From an uncultured Clostridium sp. (GTDB taxonomy: Bacteria; Bacillota; Clostridia; TANB77; CAG-508), in the NCBI GenBank assembly GCA_947571115.1, contig CANOWW010000003.1:81293-145292 (forward strand): a DNA stretch of 64,000 nt, written 5' to 3'. The notes below the pieces were generated by a model. It made no database searches. It was not told the DNA's origin and saw nothing but the letters and a program-made list of their open reading frames with translations. Of the stretch, positions 25,929 through 37,531 are shown in pieces. Positions within the stretch are counted from its first letter, which is position 1, and the number at the start of each line of letters is the position of its first letter. The translations under genes were made by a program, and so were the position numbers.

Positions 25929-28259
25929 CTATTTATAAATCACTTTTATACTTTCCACACGATACATAATCGAATAACCTGGCGCCACCTTACTAATTGT
26001 AACAATTGGTTTCAAAATTCTTTGATTATCTGGAACAACAACTTCAATTGTCTGTTCCTTTTTTTGCCCCATTGCGTTCAAAATAACATTTTTGGAAACA
26101 GAAAAATTCGAGCTTCCATCTTCAACACCAATTTCAAAAGTACCAACTGTTTCATTCATCCCAGCATGATGGCCATGTTGCGTATCTGATATCGTAATCA
26201 ACAATTTTGAAACTTGCGCCCCTGATGCCATAGAATTCAGCTTTGATGTAGTCATCGTATCTGTTACCACAGACCCATTTTGCGGAAATACTTTATACCC
26301 TTGTGATACTGGCAAAGCATTGGTTTTGTAAGTGTCAATTCTCTCTTTTGCAATTCCAATATACGCCGCTGTCTGTTTAGCGACGTCGTCGCTTCCACCT
26401 TTTTTTAAACTTTTAACTTTTTCATAATAGTCGGTTTCGTCCTTTTTGTCAAACAAACTTCTTTCATAATAATTGCCTGTATTAATACAAGTATAACAAG
26501 CTAAATTTCTATGGTCATAGCTATATTCTGTGGAAGCAGGCTTCAAAACTTTATCAAACTTTACTTCTTTTGATTTAAAACTCATAAATTTATCACTTGT
26601 GGCATTCCAAACAGGGCAATCAATCCTATGGTAATCTGACTTTGTATCATTAAATTTATCACTTTCTACATAATAAATTTCGCTTGGCGTAACTGTTAAT
26701 TCGTTGTTCGTACTACAAACCATCTGATAATCATTATAAATATTCAATCCACAATTCCAACCTTGCATAAAGGAAACAATGGAAACATTGCTCAAAATTT
26801 TGTCCCACTCTTCCTCCTCTAACACTGGCAAACTAAAATTATAAGAAGTATTCATAGTATTGGTATAAGCCGAAATCGCCAAATTCAAATTATACTTAAT
26901 CGAATTTTTAATAACTTCCAATTTATGAATATAAAAGTTTGATTTTTCATCTTCTGGATCTTGACCAGCATCAAAAATCTTTCTATCATCTGTGTCTTTA
27001 AATTCATAATAAATACTTGTTTCTACACCAGAAGAAAATTCATAACTATCAATTGAGTCAATTTGCTGGATATTTCCATAGGTCAAATCGCCCAAATATT
27101 CGTAAACCCAATTTGAAAAAATTTGTGAACTAATATAATAAGCCACCGCCTTGCAATTTTGAATTTCATATTCGATTTCATTAATGGCACTTAGTAAACC
27201 AGCTGTTGCTGGATTTTTGCCTTCATCATATTCCTCATACATCTTTTCCAAATATACTTCTGCATCTTTGATTGTCTTAATTTCTACATTATATTTTGCA
27301 TGTAAAGCATCTGCTACCCTTCCAAAATCAGAATTTATCGTTCGACCATTAACCTTAACACTTGCGTTTTGGGCTGCAATAATGGTCTCTTCATCTGCCA
27401 CCTTTTTCAACCCTAAAATTTTATTTTTGGCATCATCTTCATTTAAAGCCCAAATGTCGCTATCGTTAACACCATCAATATGAGGTTGCTCTACCAAATC
27501 TTTTTTTATTAAATAACCAGTTTTCGTGTAATAAATATCATTAATTGTCCCTACAATGTTCAAATAATTATCTAATGTATAATTAATCGTCACATCTTTG
27601 TTCCCCTGTACATACCTGCCTGAATATTGCACATACGATTTCAAAATATACGAATCCTTTTCTTCTTTTGGCTTGGCATTCTCACGATGAATCGTATATT
27701 TTCTGCCACCACTTTTGGTCTCATCTGCTTCAAATAAAATATCTCCATAAACAGCTGTGTCTGCTCCTTCTATTTCAGTATCTGGTATGATTTGAGCGCC
27801 TGTTGTTTTATCTATTTCACCATAAAATTGATACCCCTCTGTTTTGATTAAACCACTACTTTCCTCTGTCGTTTTTTGAGCCACAACTGGCACTTGCGTA
27901 GGTGCATAAATATAGTAGCCGTCATACAACGTATACAAAACTGCTGGGATATAAGGTTGCAACAATTGCCTACTGGCATTTGACATTCCTAAACTGGTTG
28001 CCAATGTATCCAAAAACACGTTATTAGACGCTTCGATAATGCTTCTCATAGAATCTGCCACGCTTGACAAATCCTCATTGGCTGTATTCATCTCGAAAGC
28101 AGACATAGCACTATAAGTAGCTGTCAATAATTTCGTATTATATTGATTTTCAGTCGCAATCGTATCCACCTGCAAATGAATATAAAAAGTAACCACTAAT
28201 ATAATTGGCAATAAAATAATTGCTAGTACAACTGCTAAACCATCTACTTTCATAATCAT
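25929..28259 (-). CDS. Large N-terminally anchored extracellular protein, last gene of the Tad-like locus (possible tip or accessory pilin)
   Basis: 776 aa with a single N-terminal hydrophobic helix LAVVLAIILLPIILVVTFYI. The rest is hydrophilic and Tyr/Asn-rich. Confidence 0.5.
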   Translation of the reverse strand: MIMKVDGLAVVLAIILLPIILVVTFYIHLQVDTIATENQYNTKLLTATYSAMSAFEMNTANEDLSSVADSMRSIIEASNNVFLDTLATSLGMSNASRQLLQPYIPAVLYTLYDGYYIYAPTQVPVVAQKTTEESSGLIKTEGYQFYGEIDKTTGAQIIPDTEIEGADTAVYGDILFEADETKSGGRKYTIHRENAKPKEEKDSYILKSYVQYSGRYVQGNKDVTINYTLDNYLNIVGTINDIYYTKTGYLIKKDLVEQPHIDGVNDSDIWALNEDDAKNKILGLKKVADEETIIAAQNASVKVNGRTINSDFGRVADALHAKYNVEIKTIKDAEVYLEKMYEEYDEGKNPATAGLLSAINEIEYEIQNCKAVAYYISSQIFSNWVYEYLGDLTYGNIQQIDSIDSYEFSSGVETSIYYEFKDTDDRKIFDAGQDPEDEKSNFYIHKLEVIKNSIKYNLNLAISAYTNTMNTSYNFSLPVLEEEEWDKILSNVSIVSFMQGWNCGLNIYNDYQMVCSTNNELTVTPSEIYYVESDKFNDTKSDYHRIDCPVWNATSDKFMSFKSKEVKFDKVLKPASTEYSYDHRNLACYTCINTGNYYERSLFDKKDETDYYEKVKSLKKGGSDDVAKQTAAYIGIAKERIDTYKTNALPVSQGYKVFPQNGSVVTDTMTTSKLNSMASGAQVSKLLITISDTQHGHHAGMNETVGTFEIGVEDGSSNFSVSKNVILNAMGQKKEQTIEVVVPDNQRILKPIVTISKVAPGYSIMYRVESIKVIYK

Positions 28260-28333
28260 TCTCCTTTGTTTTTGAAAAAAAGAGATGTAAAAAACTCTAT
28301 CTTTTTTACATCTCCTTCTTCATTCTATTTTAT

Positions 28334-28858
28334 TTAATCATTCCTACCAGAAGTTACAATTCCTGAATGTGTCGCATTAACTTGATATGCCCCATTTGAA
28401 GAAGTTGAATAAAATACACTTCTTAAAGTTTGAGATATGGTCGTATTATTATTTTTGGCTGTACAAGTAATTTTATCTCCTTCTTTCATTTGCCAATAGC
28501 CTGCCCCTTGCAATTCGCTTAATATTTGAGAAGTATAAACAGAATAATAAACATTTTCTCCTACCACTTGCTTATTGGTCCATGCAGACTTCTTCCCAAT
28601 ATTTTCATCTAAAACTTGTACTTCCATTTCAATATCATATGAATTTCCTGTTGCATTTAGCGCTCCTACTAATTTATCATAATTTGCCATTGTTATTTTT
28701 CCAATGGAACGCGAAGTATCCACAAAATCTGTTACCGCTGTTTCAACTGCTAATTGTGAAATATCGTCTGTTCTTTCAGATACGGACAACATTGGAAATA
28801 TGAACATTAGTACCACTGCTAAAAAGATAGCAACAACTGTCATTAAAGTATCTCCCAT
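28334..28858 (-). CDS. N-terminally anchored minor-pilin-like protein
   Basis: 174 aa. MGDTLMTVVAIFLAVVLMFIFPML, then a soluble domain. Confidence 0.45.
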   Translation of the reverse strand: MGDTLMTVVAIFLAVVLMFIFPMLSVSERTDDISQLAVETAVTDFVDTSRSIGKITMANYDKLVGALNATGNSYDIEMEVQVLDENIGKKSAWTNKQVVGENVYYSVYTSQILSELQGAGYWQMKEGDKITCTAKNNNTTISQTLRSVFYSTSSNGAYQVNATHSGIVTSGRND

Positions 28859-28879
28859 AAACCTAACTTCCCTTCTATT

Positions 28880-29575
28880 CTATTTTTCTGTATATGTTAT
28901 GATAATTTTTGAACTTTCTTGTGTATTTCCTGTAATCGTTTCCAGCCCATTTGCTGTAGAAATTGTATCACCTGTATAGGCATATTCAACAACACTTTCG
29001 ATAAAAATTGTCTCATTTTGAAATTTCCCTAAAAATCCACCTTCATTTGAAAAAGCAGGACTTCCATTGCTATAATCAACCAATGTATTATTGATATATC
29101 CCTTTGTGCCATGTAAGAAAAAATCAATGCGAGCCCTTGTATTTTCGTCTGTACTACCTGTCCAAGGTGCCTCAAATAAGTAAGCTGGCTTATCAGATTT
29201 ATTATAAATTGACTTTTTTAAGGATACCAATTCCTTGTCAACTCCCTTGGTATCTGCTGCAGCTCTTGCAATTTTTCCTTCTAGATTGACATCAAAAATT
29301 TGAAGCAATGTGCCGTCTTTTTGATAAATCTTAACAGTATAATTCTCTTTGTAATAACGATATAAAACTGAAACAATCGTATCTACTGTCACTTCTCTTG
29401 TATTTTCTCCACTTTCTACTTCGATGTTATCATAATATTTAGAAGCAGATACTGTATCTAATAGCACTTCTGAAGTTGACATCAAATGGTTAATTAAATA
29501 CATCGAATACGAAAATCCAATCACAAACATCATCATACTAAAGGCCATCATCAAAGCTTTTGTAATATTCTCCAT
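28880..29575 (-). CDS. Pilin-like protein with class III-type signal (MENITKA|LMMAF)
   Basis: 231 aa. The N-terminus is paralogous to the four other pilin-like genes. Confidence 0.5.
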   Translation of the reverse strand: MENITKALMMAFSMMMFVIGFSYSMYLINHLMSTSEVLLDTVSASKYYDNIEVESGENTREVTVDTIVSVLYRYYKENYTVKIYQKDGTLLQIFDVNLEGKIARAAADTKGVDKELVSLKKSIYNKSDKPAYLFEAPWTGSTDENTRARIDFFLHGTKGYINNTLVDYSNGSPAFSNEGGFLGKFQNETIFIESVVEYAYTGDTISTANGLETITGNTQESSKIIITYTEK

Positions 29576-29597
29576 ATCTCTTAACCTTTTCTAATTT

Positions 29598-30053
29598 CTA
29601 AATTTGCTCAATTATAATTTTTACAATCAAACCACTTGTCCCATAATCAGCAGTTATTCTATAATTGTTTTTAGAAATAATATCATTTTTCATATTACTA
29701 ATAGAATTTATGTAATTTTGAAGATTTGATTCAGCCGTTTGTCCTCCTGTTATCTCTGTTCCACCTTCTAATTTAATGGCTGGCAACTTACTTGGTTCGT
29801 CTTGATTGGTATTCGCATTGGATATAGCAGATGAAAGCATGGTTTTCACTTGAGAACCTAAAATGCCTTTTCCAGAATTGCCTGTCAAATATTTATCAAA
29901 TTTTTTATTGAACATGTCAATCTCAGCTGCATCTAAACTTTCTGTACTGGCTGCCCCTCGTGCTTTATTAAAGATTGTTACACCCATTGCAATAATCAAA
30001 ACTGCCAACAGAATAGAACCAGCTATAATCAACGCTTTTGATGCATTTTCCAT
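29598..30053 (-). CDS. Pilin-like protein (MENASKA|LIIAGSILLAVLIIAMG)
   Basis: 151 aa. The N-terminal 25 codons are nearly identical at nucleotide level to 30075-30521 and 31102-31629. Confidence 0.55.
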   Translation of the reverse strand: MENASKALIIAGSILLAVLIIAMGVTIFNKARGAASTESLDAAEIDMFNKKFDKYLTGNSGKGILGSQVKTMLSSAISNANTNQDEPSKLPAIKLEGGTEITGGQTAESNLQNYINSISNMKNDIISKNNYRITADYGTSGLIVKIIIEQI

Positions 30054-30074
30054 ATTCTCACGTCCTTTCTGTTA

Positions 30075-30521
30075 CTATGGTCCTGTAGAACCTCCACCTG
30101 AACCGCTACCGCTGCCCGTATAAACCACTATATCACATGTATCAATTATTCCATCTGCTCCACCATTAGTAAAAGTTACATTATAAGTTGTATTTGTTTT
30201 TACACTACTTAATACTCCTCTTATATCTGCTGAAGCATCAGAAGATAATGATGGTTTGTCGATTGATACAGTAATGATTCTATCTTCATATTCTTCATTG
30301 TTTTTTGCAATCATGTTTAGCAATGTTCTAACTTGTGTTCCTTTAATTCTTCCTTCATAAGCTGTAAATGTTTGATTGTGAGAGTCAATTTCTTGAGCAC
30401 TCATATCTGCATTTCCTGTTGCAGAACTTGCGCTATTATATATATTCATACCTAGCGCGATAATTAAAATTGATAAAAGTATAGCACCTGCTATAATTAA
30501 CGCTTTTGACGCATTTTCCAT
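30075..30521 (-). CDS. Pilin-like protein (MENASKA|LIIAGAILLSILIIALG), Gly/Ser-rich C-terminus; candidate major subunit
   Basis: 148 aa ending in TGSGSGSGGGSTGP. Confidence 0.55.
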   Translation of the reverse strand: MENASKALIIAGAILLSILIIALGMNIYNSASSATGNADMSAQEIDSHNQTFTAYEGRIKGTQVRTLLNMIAKNNEEYEDRIITVSIDKPSLSSDASADIRGVLSSVKTNTTYNVTFTNGGADGIIDTCDIVVYTGSGSGSGGGSTGP

Positions 30522-30591
30522 AATTTTTTCCTCCTTTGTTTTAACAAAAAAATAAAATTTATTTTAATATACTTTCACGTATATATTAAAA

Positions 30592-31026
30592 TCAATATTC
30601 AGGTAATATAAAAGTCATTTCAGCAATTTTTCCCGTTTTTTCATGATACTTCACATCTGCGCATTGGAAAGTTAGCTCTCCAAAAAGCGCTGTAAAATCT
30701 GTCAAACCAATTTCGACGATTTCCTCCATGGGCGAAGGCTTGTCTTCTGCCTTCAAGCATAAATAAATTTTTATGCTATCTGTCTCATTGGGAATATACT
30801 GATTTTTTTCATCTTTTGGAACAGCATATGTTTCATTATTGTCCATTGCCTTATTGATAACTGTTGTAATATCTGTCCCCAAAATCGCTTTTTGATTGTA
30901 AAATTCATATGTTTTATTGAACTTTTGAGCCTCTGCTTGCGCCATCGCCATTTGTTTGTAATTCATATAAATACAAATGAGGATTGTCAAAAATATCAAT
31001 AATATTACAAAAATCGCCTTTTTCAT
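30592..31026 (-). CDS. Small N-terminally anchored protein in the pilus locus
   Basis: Likely start MKKAIFVILLIFLTILICIYM, giving 144 aa. Confidence 0.4.
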   Translation of the reverse strand: MKKAIFVILLIFLTILICIYMNYKQMAMAQAEAQKFNKTYEFYNQKAILGTDITTVINKAMDNNETYAVPKDEKNQYIPNETDSIKIYLCLKAEDKPSPMEEIVEIGLTDFTALFGELTFQCADVKYHEKTGKIAEMTFILPEY

Positions 31027-31101
31027 ACCTATTCCTTTTTCTATTTTAACATATAATTTTTTTAATTTCAATATATTTTTAGAAAAAATATTATTTTTCT
31101 A

Positions 31102-31629
31102 CTACCTTTCTTCTGCCCTAAAAATCACTTGATCAACTTTTCCTGAAGCCGTGTTATATCCAATCTCTTCGCATACAAATTTATATTGGTAGCCTTGTGC
31201 GGGATCATCATTTTTCAATTGCGTATATTTTCCAACAATTTCGCTATAAATATCTTTTTCAGTACCTGAAGTTCCCTCCTGCATGGTATGTTTTTTTATT
31301 TCGTTACTATCTGAAATACTATATTTACAATTTCCTCTTTCCCAAATTTGCACTGTCACACCACTTCTTGGTTGCCACTGTGCAGACGTGTTTATATCAT
31401 ACGCAAGATTTACCACTGTAATCACGTCAAAAAACGTATTTTCGATGTCACTTCTTTGATATAATTCAAATTGGCTATTAAATTTGACAAGCTCATTGCT
31501 CGATAATTGACTATCAAATTCGCTACTCATTTGCCCACCTTTGCGCAAAAGCAGCATCATAAAACTGATAACTAAAATGCCAATAAGTACTCCAGCCGCC
31601 ATGAGCAAAGCTTTTGATGCATTTTCCAT
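31102..31629 (-). CDS. Pilin-like protein (MENASKA|LLMAAGVLIGILVISF)
   Basis: 175 aa. Same N-terminal family. Confidence 0.55.
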   Translation of the reverse strand: MENASKALLMAAGVLIGILVISFMMLLLRKGGQMSSEFDSQLSSNELVKFNSQFELYQRSDIENTFFDVITVVNLAYDINTSAQWQPRSGVTVQIWERGNCKYSISDSNEIKKHTMQEGTSGTEKDIYSEIVGKYTQLKNDDPAQGYQYKFVCEEIGYNTASGKVDQVIFRAEER

Positions 31630-31645
31630 AATTTTGCCTTTCTAT

Positions 31646-32401
31646 TTAAAATTCTTCAAATTCAATTAAATCGACACGACTTGTTTGCGCATTATAGTGC
31701 ACACTTGTGCACCTAAATTTTCTTGTTTTCATGCTAAAAGCTGGCGTTTCCCACTCTGCTCGTATCCAATTATCTTTTACCAAATCATATTTGGAATTTT
31801 GTTTCATCTGCTTCAAGTTACCAGAAATAGCAAGTAATGCTTTAATCAAATCATCTGTCTGTGTTTCTTTATGTAATTGATATTTCTCATCAATATTCAT
31901 GGATAACTCACTGTTCATTGGTGCCAAAGGTTTTGAAAAATCAATTCCATTCACATGATCCTTATACTCTTTAGAAACTTCAAATACATCTTCTAACTTC
32001 AAGTTTTTGTTATTGGTAAAATCAGCACTATTATGAGCCTCTTTTTCTTTTTTAGAATCCTTTGACACATAATAGACACGTATCGTTTCTGAAAGTTTTT
32101 TCTTAAAAGTTACATTAACTTTTACCAAATAAGAATCTGAATAGCCTTCTTCCTCTACTTTATCATTGTTGCTCTTGGCCTTATTTAAGCAAGAAATTAC
32201 ATCCACACCATACATCAAATCTTTATCAAATGCTTCATATTCTTTATTAAACTTTTCTATTTGCTCTGTCGTTTGTTCCTCATTTTGTGTGGTCGACCAA
32301 GAACTCATTCGTCTAAACGAATACATCATAAATGCTACCACGACCATGGCCAACAACACACCTGCTGCAATAATCAGAGCCTTACTCAAAGAATTATCCA
32401 T
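31646..32401 (-). CDS. Pilin-like protein (MDNSLSKA|LIIAAGVLLAMVVVAF)
   Basis: 251 aa. Same K-A-L-I-I-A motif after an 8-residue leader. Confidence 0.5.
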   Translation of the reverse strand: MDNSLSKALIIAAGVLLAMVVVAFMMYSFRRMSSWSTTQNEEQTTEQIEKFNKEYEAFDKDLMYGVDVISCLNKAKSNNDKVEEEGYSDSYLVKVNVTFKKKLSETIRVYYVSKDSKKEKEAHNSADFTNNKNLKLEDVFEVSKEYKDHVNGIDFSKPLAPMNSELSMNIDEKYQLHKETQTDDLIKALLAISGNLKQMKQNSKYDLVKDNWIRAEWETPAFSMKTRKFRCTSVHYNAQTSRVDLIEFEEF

Positions 32402-32413
32402 ACTTACTCCTTT

Positions 32414-34456
32414 TTACATCGAAGACATTGTATTGAAGGCTGATGTCATGCTTGACAAACCAATTACGCATAATGGTAAAATCAAATATCCCACAAACAG
32501 AATAACCATTGGTGCAAACCCTAATACCTTGCCTATCATCGATTTTCTCGTAATTAATCTTTCGTTTGACTCTTTTCTTTTTTCCTGATAATATGCCCTT
32601 TCTGTGTCTAATTCGTCAAATGCCTCACGAATTGGAATCGATTCCACCGCTGATTGTAAACCTTCTACAAGAGTAATCAATTGCTGGAAAGAAAGCTCAT
32701 TTTTCAAATCTTCCAATGCTTCCCAAGCACCACTTTCAAAGTTATTCACACATCTTGAAATTGGCTCCTTGAAAATGTTAGCATACCTTTCTAGCCATTC
32801 CAAAATCATCTCAACATTCACTCTTTCGATTTTCATTAACATCAAAATAATCGTTTGGAACTGCATAACTTCATTTTCCATTTCCATTTGTCGCATTTTC
32901 TTTTGGAATTTCAATAACCAAATTGGTCCATAATAGCCAAGCGTTCCTATCACACAAGCAATCAATAATTCAAACCACTTCAAATATTGGGACTGCACAA
33001 CCTGTAATTTGCCCCATATTCTTTCTACAATCACATCCATATCTTTTTCGGAAGAGTCCCCATATTCCTTTGATTTTTCCAACGTTTTTCTTAATTTATC
33101 TTGGGTAATGGTTCTATCTGTCTTAAACTGGTCCAAAAATACATTGTCTGCTTCTGTTTTCTGCATCGCCGTTTTATGCTCTTTTTCTGACAAATTTCCT
33201 AGCACATTATAATCTGTCGTCGGCTCTGTATATACATAGTTAATCGCATATTGATGCGCCTCCAGCAAAATAAACATTGACACAATGAAAAATATAATCG
33301 TACACCCCACACGGTTTATGTATAGCCATTCCATCTTCAATTTTGACGCATTATCTTTTAGCAAAGTCGTCACTTTTTTGTATTCTTTCGTGCCGTCTTT
33401 CGGCATCAAATAATCAATAAATTGCTTTACAATTTTGTGATTATACAATCTCTTTTGAATTGGATTTTCCGTGTTCGTCGCAGTATTGACACTTCCATTG
33501 TCTTTCAAAGAACGTACAAAAATATAACACAAAATCGTCACAATTACAATTCCCATTTGCGCCAAAAATCCAAGCGTTCCATTGTAAAATTCTGAAGTAA
33601 ACGAGAATTGCCCAATCGCCCAATTTTTCATGACATCTAAAAATAGAATCGGAACCGCCGCAATCATTGACAAACTCTGGAACACATAGTCCAATTTATC
33701 TCTTTTTAAAATTTCCAACTGCATTTCTTGCACAATATTATTCAAGTTTTTCAAATATAAAGAGGAGCCATCTTTATCTTTTCTGTCACCAAATTCTTTT
33801 GTCAAATAGGAAACGCCAGCAAACTCTTTCAAATAACTATTGGGTGCAATGTCGTAGTATTTTTCAAGTTCATTTTCTGGGTCATCTGATAGTAGCACTT
33901 CATGAATTTTTTCTACCTGTCTTGAAACTTCTACTTCATCGTTTTGAGCAACATCATACAAAGCCTCTTCAATCATGTTATACTCGTGATAAGCATGACG
34001 CATATCACTAAACATTTCAATTTGCTCTTTCAAAAGTTTGTTATCAATCTTATCAACCATACCTTCCATAAACGTTTCTATAAAGAATATTTCAAATAAG
34101 AACAACGTAAGCATTAAAATAATATTTTGTCTTGTTAAGTAAATAATCATTCCTGTCAAAGGAAATATGATAAAAACTGCTCTTAACAAAATTTTGGCTG
34201 TTTGTTTTCTAGTTAAATACTCGTCATCTAGGTTGATAATTTCAATTCTTCTTCTAATTTTTAATACATATCTTTTTAAGAAAGGTATCTTGGTACAATA
34301 TATATAGATTTTCTGATATATAATATCTGAGCTAAAGCTACTTGTTTTAGTACCTTCTGTCAACTGGGCAATATATTTGGTCTCTTTGGATTTCATCTTT
34401 TTATTTAGCATATACCACGCAATAATAAGTATGAAAAACAATCCGCCCAGCACCAA
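32414..34456 (-). CDS. Polytopic platform protein, fused TadB/TadC (T2SS-F)-like
   Basis: 680 aa with multiple TM helices. The C-terminal cytoplasmic helical domain followed by two TM helices (…ITRKSMIGKVLGFAPMVILFVGYLILPLCVIG) is typical of GspF/TadC. Confidence 0.5.
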   Translation of the reverse strand: MVLGGLFFILIIAWYMLNKKMKSKETKYIAQLTEGTKTSSFSSDIIYQKIYIYCTKIPFLKRYVLKIRRRIEIINLDDEYLTRKQTAKILLRAVFIIFPLTGMIIYLTRQNIILMLTLFLFEIFFIETFMEGMVDKIDNKLLKEQIEMFSDMRHAYHEYNMIEEALYDVAQNDEVEVSRQVEKIHEVLLSDDPENELEKYYDIAPNSYLKEFAGVSYLTKEFGDRKDKDGSSLYLKNLNNIVQEMQLEILKRDKLDYVFQSLSMIAAVPILFLDVMKNWAIGQFSFTSEFYNGTLGFLAQMGIVIVTILCYIFVRSLKDNGSVNTATNTENPIQKRLYNHKIVKQFIDYLMPKDGTKEYKKVTTLLKDNASKLKMEWLYINRVGCTIIFFIVSMFILLEAHQYAINYVYTEPTTDYNVLGNLSEKEHKTAMQKTEADNVFLDQFKTDRTITQDKLRKTLEKSKEYGDSSEKDMDVIVERIWGKLQVVQSQYLKWFELLIACVIGTLGYYGPIWLLKFQKKMRQMEMENEVMQFQTIILMLMKIERVNVEMILEWLERYANIFKEPISRCVNNFESGAWEALEDLKNELSFQQLITLVEGLQSAVESIPIREAFDELDTERAYYQEKRKESNERLITRKSMIGKVLGFAPMVILFVGYLILPLCVIGLSSMTSAFNTMSSM

Positions 34457-34519
34457 ACATAAGGTACATCATCATTTGATTATTATCCATCCATCATACT
34501 CTCCTTTCCTTCGTTTATT

Positions 34520-36651
34520 TTAGCCTTCCGCATCTGGTTTTGTTTTTCTTGGCATTGGTCTTGCCTGTGGCTTTGTTTGCGTTGTTCTTGTTTGTGAATT
34601 AGTTGCGGTGCTTACAGACCTTCTGGCTGGTTGTCCTTCTTTTGTCATCGCTGGTCTTCTGGTGCGCATTTTAGGTGCAGCTTCAGTTTCAACATTACTA
34701 CTTGAAACCGGCACAACTTCTACCACTTTTTCTTCTGGTTTATTTGCTTCGCCTGGCATTTCAGGTGGCTTGATTCCCCAATTTCTTTCCAAGAATTTAT
34801 CAAAATTTACCATATCGGTGTCTTCCATATTAATACGCATTTCTTTGATATTCGTTTCACTAATTGGGTTTGTCAAAACATAAGCATCATTCACATATTC
34901 CATAACATTTCTGTATTTGTACATTTCACGGTTTGTTGTTTTACCAAAAAAGATGGCGGCATTGTCCATAAATTTATCTAGTTTTCCCTCAATCGTACTT
35001 TCATTTCTATGATCAAATGTATATTCATTTTTTTCTTCCACTGGAATACATTCTGTAATTCTTTCTATGTATCTGACGCCTCGGAAGTCTTTCACTAAAT
35101 GAATGTCAAAATTCATAACTTGCACAACTTGCTCCTCAGCCGTCTTTTCATCTTTAAATACACCAGCACGAAGCATTGAGTTACGAAGTGCTGTTACTAA
35201 ATCAGGAAATGTTTTGGCGTGGTGCGTAAATAACGTAAACTTAGAAGCAACCTGTGCAGACTGAATCATCCAAGATGCTACGGGGTCTGTTGCAACCTCT
35301 CCGGATAATGTTTACGGAACCGTCAGTCTTTTTCTGAACATCCAAACAATCTTGACCAGAAATGGTCTCTGTCTCACGCATTGACAAAATATTTCGGGTT
35401 GGGTAAATTTTTCTCAAGTGCAACTCGAACGCTGTTTCTGTGATACGAAGGTTCATCGTTTCGTAAATATTATCAATCATCGCCATAAGCAATGTTGTTT
35501 TTCCGGCAACCTTGCTCACCAGTAAGAGAAATAATTCTGGCGCCTTTTACTAAATATTTTAATAATTCAATTAATTCTTGTCCACCATTTGCTTTACGAT
35601 ACATTTGCTCCAAAGATGCTCTTTTTACGTCGAACTTTCTGACGAAAAATGCCCAAGTTTCAGACATGCTAGGTCTTACAACAACGACACGCGAACCGTC
35701 TTTCATTTCATTGATTTTGAAACCATTGGTATCAGATAACTGTCCCGGATTATTGTATTTATAAATATTCTGGCAAACTCTTTTTAGTTCTGCTTCTGTT
35801 CCAAATGTCAAAAATGCTAAACGAATGGATTTACCATGAAACATAATCCAGATACTGTCACACGCTCTTGGCACTTTCGCCTCCATCGCTTGTTTTAAAA
35901 AATCGCCATCACTTTGTGCAACCTGACTCAAGAAACTTTCTGGCAAACCTGATACACCACCAGAAATACCATCAATATTCATATCACGTACTTCGTCAAT
36001 ACTACTAAATCCTTTGTACGATTGATAAATTCTTTGAACAACTACTTCTAGTTTATCGTTAAAATCTAATTGAAAATTTTCTTTCTCATAAATATCATTA
36101 ATTTCGTCTTCTGTGATAACATAGCTTGGTCTTGACTCTCCTTCAACAAATTTAAACACATCTAGATTATATTTTTTTATCATTTCTGATAATGCCTCAT
36201 ATCCAAATGTTTTTTTGTATTCATGAATTAAAATGTCGAATTTATCTTGCGCTGTCAAAAGGGATGGGGTATCAAAAGGCAATACTCTTATAATGTTTGT
36301 TTCGTTAATTCCATATTCTTTTGAAAGCAAATCATAAATCAATTCTTTCACATATTTTTTATCATTAACATCGCCATAGGTACAACCTTTCAAGGCCTTT
36401 TTCAATTCGTATTTTTTGTTTTTTCTTCTTTTTAATTCTTCCTCTGACAAACCAATATCATACAAGTTAATTTTCGTGATTTCGTCTAGTCTCTTTTTTA
36501 CGAATTTAATCATTAACTCAAAAGTATATGTTTTATCATCAGCAACAACTTCTTCATCAACAACCTCTTCTTTATTCTTTTTAATAAAATGTGTAACAGT
36601 AAAAAATACAATTACTACTACAACAAACATTAATATCATATTTGCAATCAT
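34520..36651 (-). CDS. TadA/CpaF (VirB11-like) secretion ATPase with N-terminal TM; intact only with +1 shifts at CGG 35503-35505 and 35301-35303
   Basis: Three ORF-track pieces. The joins give Walker A LTGEQGC-GKTTLLMAM and the Asp/His-box region VNII-GEVATDPVASWMIQSAQVASKFTLFTHHA. The C-terminal tail is Pro/Thr/Arg-rich. Confidence 0.65.
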
Positions 36652-36670
36652 TTAAGAGTGCCCCCTTTTC

Positions 36671-37519
36671 TTATGAATCTAGTACTCTACCATATTTGAT
36701 TTCTTCAAATTTACGGATTACTTTTTGTGATGTCTCAGCAACTGACTTCAAAAATTGTGCATTTTTATCTCTTGCATTTTTGCTTCTTATCGCATCCAAG
36801 AAAAACTTGGCAACTTCGCCTTCACTAGCAGACTCCAAAAATTTATTATTATAAGAAATATACGCAAGTTGTTTTTCTCTCACAAACGTCGAAACGTTCT
36901 TTGGGTTGTATTTGCAAAAATCATTTGCACTTCCTAATAACGGAATAACTCTTTTTAACTCCTGCATTTCATCTCGATTTTCTATAAATTCATTAATTTG
37001 TTTTAAATTTTGTGACATCGTATACATCACAACATCAGATGTTCTTAAAATATCCATTGTTGTTTGTCTTTGGGTTGTTTTAGGCAAATCAACAATTACC
37101 AAATCGTAAAACTTATTTGCTGCTTTTAACATATCTGGGTACAATTTCAAATAGCTATCATACTCTTCATAGTTTGTTGTTTTCAAGCCAAGCAATACGT
37201 CAAACCTTTTGTTAAACACTACTTTTGTATAATTAGATATGATTTCTGGGGACGTTTTGTTGCTGGCAATTGCACTCATTAAACCTTCTGTTCCAGTTGC
37301 AATATCCAATTTTCCCTTGTTCAGCTTTTTCTTCAATTCTTTATTTTCGTCTGGTTTCCAGAAACATCTTTCTAATGTATCATCTTTAAATGTAGCATCC
37401 ACTACTAAAGTTTTTCGATTATGCTCAATTGATATCTGTGTAGCTATTGCTGCAATTGATAAAGTTTGTCCTGCTTCCTTTGGATTTCCACTCCAAAAAC
37501 TTAATATTGCCATTCTCAT
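36671..37519 (-). CDS. ParA/MinD-fold protein with degenerate P-loop (TadZ/CpaE-like)
   Basis: 282 aa. ILSFWSGNPKEAGQTLSIAAIA...LVVDAT replaces the deviant Walker A. YDLVIVDLP is Walker-B-like. Confidence 0.45.
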   Translation of the reverse strand: MRMAILSFWSGNPKEAGQTLSIAAIATQISIEHNRKTLVVDATFKDDTLERCFWKPDENKELKKKLNKGKLDIATGTEGLMSAIASNKTSPEIISNYTKVVFNKRFDVLLGLKTTNYEEYDSYLKLYPDMLKAANKFYDLVIVDLPKTTQRQTTMDILRTSDVVMYTMSQNLKQINEFIENRDEMQELKRVIPLLGSANDFCKYNPKNVSTFVREKQLAYISYNNKFLESASEGEVAKFFLDAIRSKNARDKNAQFLKSVAETSQKVIRKFEEIKYGRVLDS

Positions 37520-37531
37520 CCTCCACCTTTT